From the NCBI GenBank assembly GCA_043228905.1, contig JBHGNT010000018.1:7750001-7814000 (forward strand): a stretch of DNA of 64,000 bases, given 5' to 3'. A program made the translations under genes and the position numbers. Shown here one piece after another: positions 61,586 through 64,000 of this stretch. Below the pieces are notes generated by a model. The model worked only from the letters and a program-made list of their open reading frames with translations. It was not told where the DNA came from and made no database searches. Source of the DNA: Azolla caroliniana. Taxonomy: Eukaryota; Plantae; Polypodiophyta. The first letter of the stretch is position 1, and every line of letters begins with the position of its first letter.

Positions 61586-64000
61586 TGTTGGGATTACGGT
61601 CCCTCCGGATGGGATGGTCAGATGTCCGGGAATCGGGAATGAAGACCCGAATGAGGAGTACCCGGTTTCGGATCCGGATGATGAAGACCCGGTTTCGGAT
61701 CCGGATGATGAAGACCCCGGCTATGGAGCCGGATGACGAATGTACCTGGAGAGAGATCCGGATGCGGGGACATATTTGTGAATATGTTTGCCAAGGGCCC
61801 TCTAGGCTATATTTGTAAATAGCCCGAAAGTCATATGTGTATAAATATGACTTAGGGCAAACAGTTTTGGCGTTGTTGCTCATTTTTCTGTTTTCCACTT
61901 AGAGGGAGCGAAGTGAGAGCAGCCGAGAGAGAGAGTGAGAGAGAGAGAAAGGAAGAGGTCGACACCTCTGTGTAATACCGCCGCCTGTGGCGAGGACAAC
62001 GAGCTCAAGGTCGTCGCCTTGCAGCTCGCCATTGTACATTCCCTGCGTATAGTGATAGTTGGAGTCTTGCACTCCCGTGGTTTTTCCCGTCTAGGGTTTT
62101 CCACGCTAAACCCTGTGCATTCGAGTCTCTCTCTGTGTTTTCGATTTACAGCTGCATTGACTCGTGTTTCCTCGGTTGTGGCCGAGAGGTGAAGGTTTTG
62201 AAAGCGCCAATTTCTAACAATCTGGTATCAGAGCGACTGCAGTGCAGAAAATGGAAGGCGGCAGCAGCGGGCAGCCGGGGATGATGGTGCTGAATGCGCA
62301 GAACTAAGCCGACTGGAAGATAAAGATGGAGGATCTGCTCATTGTTCGGGACCTGTATGAACCGATCGACAGGTCGGAAATACCCAAGGGGGTACTTGAG
62401 ACGGAATGGAGGCTTCTGAACCGGAAAGCCGTTGCAACCATTCGGCAATACGTCGACGTGAGCGTTCTACAACATGTGGCGAACGACACCAACGCATATG
62501 AGATGTGGCAGAAGCTGTCGGGCCTCTATGAGAGGAAGAATGCGTTGAACCGGACCTCCCTGATGAGGAAGATAGTGAACCTCAAGTACCGGGACGGCGA
62601 GAGTATGGTGGAACACGTAAGCGCGTTCATGGGATTTGTGAACCAGCTTGCGGCGATCAAGTTCCCGTTGGAGGATGCAATGCAAGCCATCATGCTGATG
62701 TGTACATTGCCGGAAAGCTGGGAGAACTTGGTGGTGACTCTCAACACCTCCTGCACCGAAGATAACTTGTCCTTACAAACGGTAAAGACAAGCATTTTGA
62801 ACGAAGAAGCGCGTCGGAGAGATAAAGAACTGGCCTCCGATCTGAAGATGCTGCTTACCGAATCGGATCGGGGAAGACAACGGAACCGGAGTCCGCAAAG
62901 ACGGGAGAAGTCGGGGACCCGGTCGCAGTCAAGAGGAAGGCCCACATGCTTCCACTGTGGGAAGCCGGGGCACTTCCGAAAGAATTGTCGGCATTACCGA
63001 AAAGACAACGGAGCCGACGACACCGATTCGAAGAAGTCTTCGGAACGGAACGGTGCTTACCGGGGAGCCACGGACCGGAATGGTTCGGATCGGCGAGGGA
63101 AGGACCGGAAAGGAACGACGGCACTCGCGGCAAGTGAAGAGGAGATCATGCTCATCACCGAAGAAGGTAAACTAAACATTGCCGGCGATGAGACTACCTG
63201 GGTCGTCGATTCCGGAGCATCGTTCCACCTGACCCCGGAAAGACGATACTTCTCATCCTATACAGCCGGTGAGCATGGCTGCGTTCGGATGGGAAATGAA
63301 GGTACGTGCCGGATTGCCGGCATAGGAGACGTGTGGTTGACAACCTCGACCGGATGCAAAATGTTGCTGAAGGATGTCCGACACGTTCCGGAGGTTCGAT
63401 TGAACCTGATTTCGGCCGGGAGGCTAGACGATGAAGGCTACACAGGTAGCATCCAGAACTGCGTAATGAAGTTCAGCAAGGGGAGCCTGATAGTGGCTCG
63501 GGCCCGGAAAGTCAACACACTGTACCTTATGAATGCCTGGTTGTGTCCGGAGGAGTTGAACGTGGCAGCCGACACTGCCGGTGAGCTGTGGCACAAGAGA
63601 CTGTGCCACATGAGTGAGAAGGGGATGAAGAGGCTTGCAGAAGACAACCTTATTCCAGTGAAGCATGTGCACCTGGAGAAGTGCACCGATTGCCTGGCCG
63701 GTAAGCAGAACCGAACCTCCTTCCACTCAAGGCCACCGACGAGACGTAGCGCACCATTGGAGTTGGTGCACACTGACGTGTGTCAAGTAGAAACGAAGTC
63801 ACATGGCGGAGCCCAGTACTTCGTGACATTCATTGATGACCACAGCCGGAAGCTGTGGACGGCACCGTTGAAGACAAAGGACCAAGTGTTGTGCGTCTTC
63901 AAAGAACTCCACGCGAGAGTGGAAAGGGAATCCGGCAAGAAGCTGAAAGCGATACGAGCGGATAACGGAGGGGAATACCGGGGGCAGTTCGAGGAGTACT
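61586..64000 (+). mobile_element. Tork-like copia M 5' part, running off the window
   Basis: LTR 61586-62219; Met PBS 62223-62234; gag ATG at 62251 with one early TAA; knuckle, PR and IN follow. Confidence 0.92.

Overview
Eukaryotic DNA from a land plant, most likely a non-seed plant (bryophyte, lycophyte or fern). This is inferred from the mix of RTEX-like LINEs, self-priming Tcn1-like chromoviruses, gypsy elements primed by tRNA-Trp, and miR166. Most of the window is a deeply nested pile of decayed retrotransposons: two Ty1/copia groups (one with a long charged tail after RNase H, one Tnt1/Tork-like), two Ty3/gypsy groups, two RTEX-like LINEs nested in each other, and one MITE. The nesting order can be rebuilt from target-site duplications (TSDs). 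The only host gene I can support is a MIR166 precursor (about 14751-15017, +), with a TATA box and a probable leader intron, in a TE-poor island (about 9.1-15.6 kb). Features the ORF track misses: a tandem array of degenerate tRNA-Arg(CCU) copies (7.8-9.1 kb, -); two self-priming LTRs carrying heat-shock elements, one belonging to a non-coding, minisatellite-filled element in tandem; a frame-conserved copia C-terminal extension; a conserved hairpin enclosing the copia PPT; a candidate -1 frameshift after a gypsy protease; and a covarying 3' stem-loop shared by both LINEs. I found no intact host protein-coding gene and no new multi-gene system. All coordinates were read by eye, and lineage names need database confirmation.
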